A DNA stretch of 64,000 nt. Origin: Octopus bimaculoides (taxonomy: Eukaryota). The position numbers were made by a program, and so were the translations under genes. Below are positions 25,753-37,862 of the stretch, piece by piece. The DNA is taken from the NCBI RefSeq assembly GCF_001194135.2, contig NC_068981.1:153784528-153848527 (forward strand), read 5' to 3'. How positions within the stretch are numbered: the stretch's first letter is position 1; each line of letters starts with the position of its first letter. The notes under the pieces are model-generated. The model was not told where the DNA came from. It worked only from the letters and a program-made list of their open reading frames with translations, and made no database searches.

Positions 25753-27570
25753 AGTGAAGTAGGTGATAAATTGCTTTGTAATGAGAGTGCATGGCCTTGT
25801 GTTTTAGGGTGTTTCACTCATGATCATGAGATCGTGGCTTCCATTCCCAGGCCTTCATGTTGCTCTGCAATCAGTTCAACATCTGACATGTGGCACATCA
25901 TGCACCTTTACAGGTAATGTCAATTTAATGGAGGTTGTGAGCTAATATACACTACAAACATCAGATCACTAGAAATGAATCACCTGTGCAGGTTGTTCAG
26001 CAAAATATTGTGGAATGCTCATCTGTAGTCTATGACAGCTTAGTCCACAAAACTACTTTCTAGGGCAGAAATTAGCAGAGTTATTTACAGCATAAGACAT
26101 GCCCCCTTGCATGTATTCCAGCTCTCTGTACTTAATTCAAATCCTGCCATGGTCAACTTAGCCTTTTATCCTTTCAAATTCTATAAAGCAAAGTACCTAT
26201 CCGAGGTACTTCTGAGTTCAATCCCAGGCAAGGCACTAAGGTGAATCACAAGATACTTGAAGAAGGCTAGAGTGTGCACAGCTGAAACAGTGAAAACAAT
26301 CTTGGGGACACCACTCTGACTAATACATAATATCGGATGAGAGGTCTTGTGGGATTAACTCCAGCTCTTTGCATTCTGAGCACTAGGGTTGTAGACTTAA
26401 TCCATCATCTGGTTTCATTCCACCACCCATTACTTCAGTGCTTTTAATAGAGTTCATTGTTATAAATATTGGCGGTCAAGGCCTGATTTAAGGATAACTT
26501 TGTTTTTCTACTACCAATTTCAGAGGCCCAGAAAATAAAATAATGGGTCACAGACACTGCCCATCTTCCCCAAACTTTTTTTCACTGTTTTTGCAGATTC
26601 CCATAACTCTCTGTCACCCTCCAATTCCATTATTATGAAGTTGAATTGAGAGTTTGAGTCATAATGAATTTTTCATTAGCTGATTATAAAACTATAGATG
26701 CCACTTTTACGGATACATTGTAGTTACTCTGTTGATAGAGCTTAGTGATCCTGACCGTTGATCTATGAATTCTCCACACAGCATCAATCTAAGAAGTATA
26801 ATTGACTCAGCTGAGTTCTTCCACTACCTCTTCATAACCCACTATGCTGCAGTTCTATGACTTCACTGTATCCTTGGAAGGGCGGCTGAACAGATGTTAG
26901 GCCTTGCCAAAGGGAAGCCCATAACTAAGCAGGGCACGAGGTATTTTCAAAATACCCATACACTTATTTTCCCTGACTAAACAGAAGGGGGAAAAAAAAA
27001 GAAAAAATACAAGTCAAATACTGAAATTAATTAATAATTCTTATATGACATCCTAGATATATATGGAATTATAATAGAAAACTAAAACTAAGATATAAAT
27101 CACAAGACAAATACAAGGTCAGCAGGGATGGTTTGTTGCACTGTCAACATGCTTTTTACAGATTATTCCAATCAGACAATGACCTCAGTAATGTTATCAA
27201 GCCAATCATTTTTGGAAATTATGCATAATCTTTGACCTAGCTATTTTCAGGGAAAAGATATACTGTTCTTTCTAACTGTAGTTGTTGTTTAACTCCAAAA
27301 CAGCCATGATAGAGCAAATCTATGATAAAGGGTATTTCAACAGTGACCATTTGAGCCTTAGATTAAACCTGTAATCAAGAACCTTCCCATCCTATCTCTT
27401 TTATCTGAGTAAAACATCCAAAAATCATCATGGCTTGAACAGCTTGGACAAGATCTGCTCTACCAGAGCTGAACTAAGACTAAGCAACACTTCTTGTATA
27501 AAACTATCTTCATATAACTAGCAGTCCAAGATGGTATCCATTGCCCTTAATGAGAATGAGTTTTTAAAAC

Positions 27571-27798
27571 TTAACCCTTTAGCATTCAGGTTAATTTATC
27601 AAATGTAATCCTTATTTATCCACGTTTTTAAAAATTAATTATGTAGTACTGTGTAGCTCCAAGATTTTAAAGATGTGATTGTTTATTTTTAGAATGACAT
27701 TGTAGGCTAGGTCTAAGAGACTGGATCTGGCCATTTTCAACATAAGACAGGTAGAATGTTTGGGCCGGATATGGCCTGTTTAAATGCTAAAGGGTTAA
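27571..27798. mobile_element. piggyBac-like MITE, intact ends
   Basis: TTAA|CCCTTTAGCATT...AATGCTAAAGGG|TTAA: 12-bp TIR and TTAA TSD. Confidence 0.92.
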
Positions 27799-28762
27799 AG
27801 AAAGCCAACATAAAACTACAAACTTAATATCTACTTTTCGTTCTCTGACATGTATTTAGGCTTTCACTATTTTAAATTAAGACCTTATGAACATGATTGG
27901 AGGTGGGGATGGATGGATGGGTGGATGGGTGGACGTAAGTAAAGTAAGATTTTAATAAAAAGATAAATCATTAACAATGAGTAAAACAACCATAACCACA
28001 TAAAATCTTAAAAGGTTTCCTTGACAGTTGGAACATGATTTTAGAATAAAACTATCAAAATATTCATGCACACATACAAACATTTCTATTTACTGATGTC
28101 ACTATGTACTATGAAGCATTTTACTAGCCTAGAATAATGAGATAGTAAGCTTATTGACCTTAAATTAGCATTTAAGTAGAAGAAATGTTGCCTATAGAAG
28201 GTTGATGAATCTATCAGCTACAAGCTGATAATTTCACACAGAAATTGTTGTTTTAGCCAGAATCACAAAATTATTAAATCTCAACTCTTATTCTATGTAT
28301 TCATCAATTCCAATAAAAAGAATTCTACGAATAACACTAAAATGTTATTAGGCATAAAGAGAAAACTATCAGAATAATAAGAAAATACCAAATGGAACCG
28401 ATTTAGCCAAAGAGGGTATTTCTATATGGTTGCTTGACCAGCAAGAAATAGCAACAAAATTTTTTTCGGACCACACCTTACCATTTTAATGCCAAGGTGT
28501 GGTTTACATTAACTAACTGAAAAATAAGATTAGATAGTTATGGCTAAAACACTTTCTATCACAGGAAGCTTGATTAGTGCTGACCTAAAACTAACCAATA
28601 ACAACACAAACTGAACTGACCAGCAAGTGTGAGAGAATGTGTTAGTATTTGCATAATAAATGGTTTCTAGCAAGTAAATTGGCATGAAAGACTGACTTTT
28701 TAATAATATTTTATTCAAAGAAGAGTTCTCATTATTTTATTTAGTAGTTTCTTCAAATGCGT

Positions 28763-28910
28763 GGCACTAATGAGTTTGGGTAAGTTTAGTAGTATCAAAG
28801 AGGCTTAGTACTAATGGATTTGGCTGTGTTTTGGAATATCCAAAAGGCTTGGCACTAATGGGTTTGGCTCAGTAAAGAATTATCTGATAGGCTTGGCAGT
28901 AATGGGTGTT
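28763..28910. repeat. 44-bp tandem array (about 3.4 units) with a conserved block and a variable block
   Basis: Units start at 28763, 28807, 28851 and 28895. The aggcttggcactaatgggtttggct-like block recurs, while the intervening ~19 nt diverge. Confidence 0.85.
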
Positions 28911-30274
28911 GTTGAATGTATTCGTGTCTTCAGCAGGCAGTGTTCCAATATGTTTGCTAAATTTAAATTTGATGTACATGTATGCATTGAAAACAAAACA
29001 AACTACAATAGCTACATTTTCAATCTGAATGATTAGGGAACAAAAAAAATAGGGTGTTGTAAGTATATGTTACCAGAAGAAGAGCTTCAATTCAATAAAT
29101 CTGGGTCAACAGTCAAATATATTAACCACTCAACTATTGAATTTTTATATAAGAGAAATAAAACAGACATTTGTATGACTAGATATTTTCTTTGTGCCAG
29201 CTTGAAACTATTATTGATTACCAGCTAAATAGAATATTCTCTTACATAGGCATAAAAATTCATTGATATTTACAGGAGGATTATGATATTTAAGTGTTTC
29301 ATATTGTGACTTAAATCTGACATAAGTAATATCAAACAACACCAAAAATCAGAAACTGAAACCAAATTATCAGAAGCTTAGTTCTATCCAACCCATGTTT
29401 CAACTCTTGAGACAGAGTTTACCAGTTCATGCATGTTCATAATTTCCATTTACAAAAATATTTCTAATCAGAAACAGAAGCAAAAAAAAATACAAAGTCC
29501 TGAGAGCAGTTTCCTGAAATTTTGATTTAAATACAGTTCCTTCATTTTTTTCCATTTTATATCCACCTTTCCATGCTGGCATGGGTTGGACAAAGACTTA
29601 TGAAGACAGTATTCAGTATTTTACAGCCAAATACCCTTCCTGTCCCCAACCCTTATCTGTTTTCCAAGTAAGAGTTTTTTTTGTTTTTTTTTTGTATTTT
29701 TTATTTCACTGGCTCTATAAGCACAGAGCTACAGGATATATAGTCTGCAAGGAATGCAAATACACCATCACTGCTCAACTAGTCATACAAAGACTCATAA
29801 CAAGCCTTATTTTTGTTTTGCACTTATTTTCTTTGTTAACTTGATTGAGGTTGTTTATGTTGATTTAAATATTTTCATGGAAACTTATTCTATTATTTGT
29901 TTCAGACATTAGACCATGTTCAGGCACTGTCTCTAAGGATTTTAATCATTCACATCAACTCAGTACATTTTAAGTCTAATCTTTAGTTCTGCAATTTATA
30001 TTTACCATATCATATGTTTTTCTTCTTTCAAACTCTGTCAAACAGAAAGACAGCCATAGAGGTAGACATAAATACACACATATATACACACATGCACACA
30101 CACACTATATGTATGATACCTTACATACAGCTTTTGTTTACTAATTTTACTGACATGGCACTTGTTGGTTTACAGCTACAACAGAAAACACTTGCCTGCT
30201 ATGCACACACTGGGACTGAATCCTGGGCCATGTGGTTGCAAAGTGAACTTCTCACCACGCATGCATCATCATAT

Positions 30275-31335
30275 CTTGCTACCTCCACCTGCTGTAGAAT
30301 GCGCACAGCATGAGATAGTTGCCTCCATAGTATTCGATCTTTGGCAAGAGCATTCAGAAAAACTATGTCAAGACCTGTCCATGCTACAATGTTATCTCTC
30401 AGGTTGCTAAGCTTTGTTTCTCTCTCCATTAATCACGCCTTCCAAACAGATTTTGCTGACACCACAAATAATTCGCTTTNNNNNNNNNNNNNNNNNNNNN
30501 NNNNNNNNNNNNNNNNNNNNNNNNNNNNNNNNNNNNNNNNNNNNNNNNNNNNNNNNNNNNNNNNNNNNNNNNNNNNNNNNNNNNNNNNNNNNNNNNNNNN
30601 NNNNNNNNNNNNNNNNNNNNNNNNNNNNNNNTTGATGACTGAGATGACTGATGGTAATATGGTCCGAGAGTTTGGTGTTAGTAATAAGTCCCATTACATG
30701 ATCCTGAAAAACTTCCAGTTTCTGTAGTGCAACAGAAGAGCAATTGATAAGGCGGCGAGCTGGCAGAAACATTACCCTGCCGGGCGAAATGCTTAGCAGT
30801 AGTTCGTCTACCGTTACGTTCTGAGTTCAAATTCTGCCGAAGTCGACTTTGCCTTTCATCCTTTCGGGGTCGATAAATTAAGTACCAGTTACGCACTGGG
30901 GTCGATGTAATCGACTTAGTCCCTTTGTCTTTCCTTGTTTGTCCCCTCTATGTTTAGCCCCTTGTGGGCAATAAAGAAATAAGAAGAGCAGTTGATACAA
31001 TTCAGCCCATATAAGACTACAGGAGGAGCATAGGTGTTGTAGATGTTTCTTTGATTTTATGTGATATGGGACCAGTTTTGAAGTAAGTGTAATTTTGTTC
31101 TTAAAGGCTACCTGACCAAGTTCAGTTCTATGGTTCACAACTTTCATTCCATCATGGTTTTATTTTGTTGTTTGAGAGAGTCTGTGTCCGAGGTACATAA
31201 ATTCAGAAACTTGATTTACTAGTTTGCCATATATTGTAGGGTTGAGGTCTGAAATTAGATTAATCGGTTGTCATGTATTCTGTTTTTGATACATTGATAG
31301 AAAGTCTCGCTTCTGCAGCATGTTACCACACAGGT
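30275..31335 (-). mobile_element. Decayed RTE-type LINE 3' region, interrupted by a SINE and a gap
   Basis: Frames give RLSINVSKTEYMT, VSEFMYLGHRLS, IYNTYAPPVVLYGL, KLEVFQDHVM and DNIVAWTGLD..AKDRILWRQL. Confidence 0.8.
30750..30981 (+). mobile_element. Full-length tRNA-derived SINE (second family) with 16-bp TSD, nested in the RTE remnant
   Basis: Head ggcggcgagctggcagaaac...gagttcaaattc; TSD agaagagca(a/g)ttgata at 30734-30749 and 30982-30997. A decayed reverse copy lies at about 44250-44452. Confidence 0.95.
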
Positions 31336-31729
31336 AACACCATCCCCATTAATGCATACCATCCTTACTGTTGCTAACTGCTATTCAACTAAAGAGCAAC
31401 TCTCCAGCTGACCGAGGGAAAATAGATTAATGCAATCAGTTTTGAAGCATAACACACTGACTATGGAAAATTTGGACCATGTTATCAGTAAACTAACAAC
31501 ATAATCTCAATGTATTTGAAGCCCAGTGTTGTAATTTCAAAATCTGAACACTTACAATGAGTAAAATCTATTCCCATACTGTCATCATTTCAATTGACAT
31601 CAGGTATTTTTGTCTTGAGTATTTAAAGTTTTAAAGGATTTGCTCCATTATAACAAGGACTCTCCAGAAACATCTTCCTATACCCAACTATGGTGTAACC
31701 AAAACAACTGGATGCCTTTTCTTAGGCAC

Positions 31730-31774
<45 letters not shown>

Positions 31775-32159
31775 CAATGTTACAGTCCAACCTAGCATTC
31801 TCTAACATACAAACACACTACTCAAAGTCCTTATACATACACACACACTCACACATACAAATACAAATATACACATGCACAGTATTTAAACATGTTCTTT
31901 CACATATGTATGCTCACCCATTCACACACACACAACAGGCTTTTTCATGGGTCTCTCCCCCTTTCATGTCTCTTTTCCTCCTTTTATTCTCCTCTATGGA
32001 CTTTTCTCTGTGTATCCAACAAAGGACTGTTCAAAACATTACACTATTTCTCTTTATAAGTTGTTTTTGCCTTCTTTGAGCGTGAACCTAATGATATTTA
32101 CCTGTGAACATCCCTGGGACTTTTGTTGTTTTTGTATTTGATTTCATCTTTTGTTATTG

Positions 32160-32550
32160 ATTTAACATCCATATTCCATGATGGTAGAGATTGGCAGGCT
32201 CAACAAGGTTTCAATGAGTCCAAAGACCTCATCATGCTCCAATGCCTGTTTTAGCATAGTTTCAACAGCTGGATGCCTTTCTTAATGCCAATATTACATC
32301 AGTCCCTCTGGAGATGAAAAGCACTCATGGCAGTGGCATGTAAAAGTGTCCATGTGGTGCCACATAAAGACACCCATGCAGTGCCACGTAAAAGCACCCA
32401 ACACACTCTGTACAGTGGTTGGCATTAGGAAAGGCATCCAGCTGTAGAAACCATGCCAAAGCAGACTAGAGTCTGGTGCAGCTCTCCAGCTGGCCATCTC
32501 TGGTCAAGCCATCTAACCCATGCCAGCATGGACAATGGATTGGATAATGA
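32160..32550. mobile_element. Two degenerate RTE-3'-end-type copies in head-to-head inverted orientation
   Basis: About 32160-32300 is reverse (cagctggatgcctttcttaatgccaa); about 32325-32550 is forward (ttggcattaggaaaggcatccagctg). Confidence 0.75.
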
Positions 32551-33049
32551 TGTTTTTATATATGTGTGTGTGTGTGTGTGTGTGTATAATAAGTTTGTGT
32601 AACAGTTCTCCATCCTTACAAAAGTAAAAAAATCTAACAGTAACACAAGAAACTAAATTCCATCTTTTGCCAGTATGTTCCACAATAACTTGGCATACAT
32701 ACAAAAAAACTACTGCTTAATGCACTTAACAGCAGAAAATATGACCAGTCAAAGAAAATCAACATTGTGGTCAAAAACAAATAGCATTAAGTAGTTTTCA
32801 TTTACTCAAGAAAATAGAGTCAACCATAATTAGTCTTCCAATAACTTTGATTCAATGATTTATTGAAAAACTCAAATGCAGAATGAAAACTAGTTTTTAA
32901 TGTACACAATTCTAGTCACACAACACACTGGGTTTCTATTCTGAGTAAGTAGATATTCATGTCCATATTATTGTAAGTCGACCGTTTTTGGTCTCCTTGG
33001 TTTCTAATTAGACAGGGAGGTTCTCCAATATAGCAAGAATTATTAAACA

Positions 33050-33310
33050 TTCTCAGTCACTCAAACACACTCCAACCACCAGACCACAGATGTATTGTCC
33101 CTTCTCTCTGCCTTTTCTACCACTACTACATACAGTAGTTTCTGCTCCTCAGAACTGACTAATCTAGTACTACCTCCTCTCAAACACTCCACTATCTCTC
33201 CATCTTCTCATTATCCATACTGTATACCAGCTTATCACTATTCCAATCCCTTCCTTCCCCTAATGTCATTCCCTTGAAATTCCCTCCCACCACACATCAT
33301 TTCTGCAGCT
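33050..33310 (+). mobile_element. CR1-type LINE extreme 3' ORF remnant
   Basis: DVLSLLSAF...FCSSELTNLVLPPLKHS...HYPY resembles CR1-clade C-termini. Confidence 0.5.
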
Positions 33311-33326
33311 GCTAACTTTTGAGACT

Positions 33327-33539
33327 TTAACCCTTTAGCATTTAAACCAACCATATCCGACCCAAATATTTTACCTGTTTTATGTTCAATCTGACCAGAT
33401 CCAGTCTCTCGCCTACTCTACAATATCATTCTAAAATGTAACAATTACATCATTGAAATCTTGAGGCTATGGGATAATGCATGATTAATTTTTAATAATG
33501 TGAATGAATGACAAAATAATCTGAATGTTAAAGGGTTAG
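33327..33539. mobile_element. piggyBac-like MITE copy
   Basis: ttaaccctttagcatt start; aatgttaaagggttag end. Confidence 0.88.
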
Positions 33540-33813
33540 ACAGAATTTTTAGATCAGTTCAAATATATCTGTGACATATTTGACTTGCAAAAATGCCATT
33601 CTCACTGTAGTTTGCCATTTCTGTTGATCAAATATGTCCCAAACATATTTGAAATTATCATAAAGTTTGTTTATTTCACAACAGTTTCATGTACCAACCA
33701 TATATTTTGTCCCAGCCTGGTAGCTGCAGCATGCAGTCAGAGAATTATTTCTACTGATTTCTTATAAAGGAAGCCAAAACGTTCAGTCATTGCAGAGTTG
33801 TCTTCCTTGACAT

Positions 33814-33857
33814 CTAATACTGATGAGAGCATAAAGTGCTCAAAATGCATATATTAG
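33814..33857 (+). ncRNA. Minimal type I hammerhead-ribozyme-like motif with a single core change (G12>A)
   Basis: ctaata-CTGATGA-gagca(taaag)tgctc-aAAA-tgca-TA-tattag. Stem I is 6 bp, stem II is 5 bp with G10.1-C11.1, stem III is palindromic (ATGCAT) and the cleavage triplet is AUA. Confidence 0.7.
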
Positions 33858-36540
33858 TCCATATTAATCCATATATCAGGGGGAACTCTGAAATAGCTTT
33901 GGTGTTTTCCATCTTTTGCCTAAAAGGTAAGAATTTTTTTCCATGGCAAACTGCAATAAAAATTGCCTCTTTACAGATCAAATATGTCCCACGTGTATTT
34001 GAACTGATCTAAAAGTTTGCTTATTTCACAACACTACTTCGCGTGCCAAACAAGTATTTTAAGTTGAATGCTAACAGCATCAACCTCAACAAACTTGGCA
34101 AGTTTTATAGAAGCCTTGTGCACAATCCCTTCCACTAAACCAAACTTTAAAGAAAAAGAAAAATTATTTCTTGACAAATGCTTCTTCGCTGTTACCATAA
34201 ATTCTCCTATCGAATATCTCCAATCACCAACAAATTAGAATACCTCTGTTTAGTTAAGTTTGTTGAATTGATTGATTGTCTGCTTTTGTATCCCAGAAAC
34301 AATTGAAGTGAAGAAGTCCAAATACTTTATCAATGATGTTTACTAGGCAAAAGCAATAGCTTTTGGTAAGGATTTTTTCATTTTTCTTTTTTTAAAGGCC
34401 CCACATTAATTACTTTACTATGTCCAGTTTTCCCTTACCCAAACATCAGCTCTCTGGAATTGCCTCTCTATTCGTTCTTTTCCCACATGTGTTGACTTAC
34501 AAAGGACCAAAGAAACACTAATGGCCTCAATTCCACACGTCTTTGAGGTCCTTCCTCTAAACCCAGCAAGTAAAAAAAAAAAAAGTCAGTTACTGGTTCC
34601 ACACCAGTAACTCACAAATTTTCCATAAGTTAAAAACAAGTATTCTAACAGGTGATCCAGTAGACAATTGTTACAGGTGTGCATGGTTGATGAGATTCAA
34701 CATGTCAAAACAGCCAACAATCACACAATTTCTGGGCTTTCTGCTTGTTATGAGTCATTCATCACTTAACTGCTTTTTTTTTTTCTTTTTATACTAAAAC
34801 AATATTATCTCATGCACCAGTGAGATAGAATCAAACAGTTGACCTTTTGTAATCAACAGGTCATGAGCGTTATTAACTGCAGGAGGTAAGGTGAGAGTTG
34901 TGAGGCTCATGGCCAAGTTTTTAAGAATAACCTAGAATATATAAGTAATAACTGGTAATTAAACCACAGTTCCAAACTTAATTCGCCTAGAGCTTTCCAC
35001 CACCAACATTAGAGCACTGTATACTCCATCTTTATACAACTTATAAACCTATAATACTTACATTTCTCATATACTCTTCCAGATTTGCCTTTTTAAGGAT
35101 AAACCTATAATACTAAGGTGCACTAGTGTAAAAGGTAAAACCATTTGTACAAGTGAGCCATGAAATATTGTTATTTATCATAAGAAAATGTAAACTGGCT
35201 CATCTTAGCAACAAAATAACAAGCTAAGGCCCTGTCGAAAGCTATCAGATTTTTTTCCTCCTCCTCACAGCAAACTAACTTATTCCACTGTGTGAGCATT
35301 TGCCATTAGACTATCTGATAAATGGCAGAGGGAGAAGCAAGTTCACTTGGACTCAGCTGAGCGAGCTTAGAACAGTTAAAAAAGAAAGGGGTATTGCTAA
35401 TACTACAACAAAGCATTTGATACATGGACATATAATAGAATGGCTGAAGTAATGCTATCAGTTGACATTAACTGCTAAATAGTAATCCTGAGAAAATTTG
35501 CTATAATGCAATTTCACAAATGTAATAGATTAGAATCAAATTAAGAAAAGAATTGAGAAAATATTGGACAAACTGAAGTGTAATAATTCAGCTAAGATAG
35601 ATGGCAAACAGAAAAAGGAATGTAAAACCAATATAAAAGAGTTAAAGTAATTACATGAATATACAAGAAGTTAACTGAAACAGGCATTTAACTTCCAACC
35701 ATCTTTGAATTTGCCTTAGTTTCATTGCCAGAACACTACATTGTCCCTTCTTGCATGCTGCAAACTATATTTCCTTTTACTGTTTTATACAATCTACAAT
35801 TGTTTTCCCTGTTGTGTGCAATAAAGTAATGAATAAAACTTATAAAAAGCATTATGTTACTATAAGAAACAAACAATATTGCCTTAGAATTCCACAAACT
35901 AAATAAATGTCAATACTGGGGAAAAAGGTCTCCATAATTTAATAGATGCAGAGAAAAGAAAACTATAACAAATCAAATATCTGAGAATATTATTACCAAA
36001 CATTCACAGCAATTAAAGAGTGTTATATAAATCCTATTTGTATAGTAAAACAAGTATTTATCTCAAAGTTTTTACAATATATTGTAATCTTCAATCCATG
36101 ATTCCATTTTCAATAGTAGTGTGTGTATGTGTGCATTTTCTTTGTTGACAAATGTAAATGTCAAAAAATTCCATTTCCAACTGTAGATAATACATGACAT
36201 TGGAGCTTAGTGGCAAGTGCAAAAATAATCAACAACAAATTTTAATGGTAACTCAATACATAATAAGCAAAAGCAACAAACTGATGTTCATCCAAGATAT
36301 GAAAACAACCAAGCTGTGATGTTTGTAAAAGCATAATACATTTTCAGAAGTATCAAAACAAAAACAACTCTAACTTGAATGTAAATTAGGGCAGCACAAA
36401 GTAGATTGTTGCATATTTTAAGAAGCTTACTGTTGAGGCATAGATAACTGCTAATGATCATCAAAATGAAGAATCTACAGGCATTTTAAAGATGAATATA
36501 ACTAGATACATTGTTTTAATAGAGGTACTTGAACACTAAG

Positions 36541-36815
36541 TGATGTACTAGTAGTACAGCTAATAGAGAGGACTAGATGTTGTACTAGTGGCACAGCTAG
36601 TAGAGAAAATTAGATGGTGTGCTAGTGACACAACTAGTAGAGAAGACAATCGAGTATTAGAGTACAGGACTAGATGCTATGCTAGTGACACAGTAAATAG
36701 AGAGGACTAAATGCTGTATTAGCAGCACAGCTACTGAAGTAGATTAGATGGCAGCTAGTGGAATGGACTAGATGAAATACAAGTGGTACAGCTAGTAGTG
36801 ACGATTAAATACTGT
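36541..36815. repeat. Degenerate ~37-bp minisatellite rich in CTAG
   Basis: About 7 units similar to atgttgtactagtggcacagctagtagagaggactag, two of them irregular. Confidence 0.8.
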
Positions 36816-36989
36816 ACAGTACCTAATTCTTAACCTCATATTGCTAAGATCAAACTCCAAGGTAGATTATGCCGTTAATCTCTGGAATGTAAATAAATTC
36901 AAGTATAATGCTAAACTAATACAAATGACTATAACATTAGATGTACAGGTTATAACTCAATGTGAGCTGAGGGGGTTGGGAATTAAAGG

Positions 36990-37250
36990 TAGCAGCTAAT
37001 GCAGGAGATAAACCTATGTTGGTATGGACATGTAATGAGAATTGATAGTGAGTGCTGCATCCTGACAGTGGAAGTTGTTCATAGCAGAGAAAATAGTGAA
37101 ATTAGATTTGAAGAATTTTTGCCTCACAGACAAGATAAAGTACTGCATACCCTTCTGATCCATTCCAACATGAAGCAGGGGGGAAAAAAATAAAAGACAG
37201 CCATCAAAGCAAAGCAGCCTTGACAGAAAGTAGGAGGTATACAAGGATTA
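36990..37250 (+). mobile_element. RTE LINE C-terminal remnant
   Basis: LCWYGHVMRIDSE corresponds to the RTE motif LRWxGHVxRM. Confidence 0.5.
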
Positions 37251-37723
37251 GTAGCCTAGTAAAACAAAATATCTGTGTAAAGACAGCTTAGCACAACAGC
37301 TACTGATGTAAATAAACACAATTAGTAATAGCATAGAAAGAACGGTAAGCCCACTGCAGCAGATGACGTAAGCTTTTAAAAGAAAGGAAAACAAAAACGA
37401 AAGATCAGTTTTCGAATTGTAAGCTATTACTTAGAATAGTTAGACAAGGTTTTTTTTTAATAGTAAAATCCTAAAACAGAGAATAGGTGTAGTTCTTGAC
37501 AAAAATGTATCTAGATCTAGTTCAAATGGCCTAGATTCTGCAACAACTTTAATAAATATTCATAGCTAGTGAAATATTTGTTTGCAAGCAAGACTAAAAA
37601 CTAACAACAAGCCTAGTAAATTGGCCATCAACATTCTATAGCTTTTAACTTAAGATAGAAATAAACTGCAACAGACAAAGGAATAAACATATAACAATTA
37701 TTATCGTAATCATCTTCATATGA

Positions 37724-37727
<4 letters not shown>

Positions 37728-37781
<54 letters not shown>

Positions 37782-37819
37782 ACGCGCGCACACACACACA
37801 CGCACGCACGCACGCACGC

Positions 37820-37862
<43 letters not shown>
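37728..37862. repeat. (TG)n immediately followed by (CA)n/(CGCA)n, running into a gap
   Basis: Seen directly. Confidence 0.95.

Noticed and set aside
26250-26940. GC-richer block that might be coding
   Set aside because: All frames on both strands are interrupted; possibly an old LINE fragment, but I could not assign a motif.
28763-28910. CRISPR array interpretation of the 44-bp repeat
   Set aside because: The context is eukaryotic with no cas genes, there are only 3-4 units, and the spacers are ~19 nt and alignable to each other.
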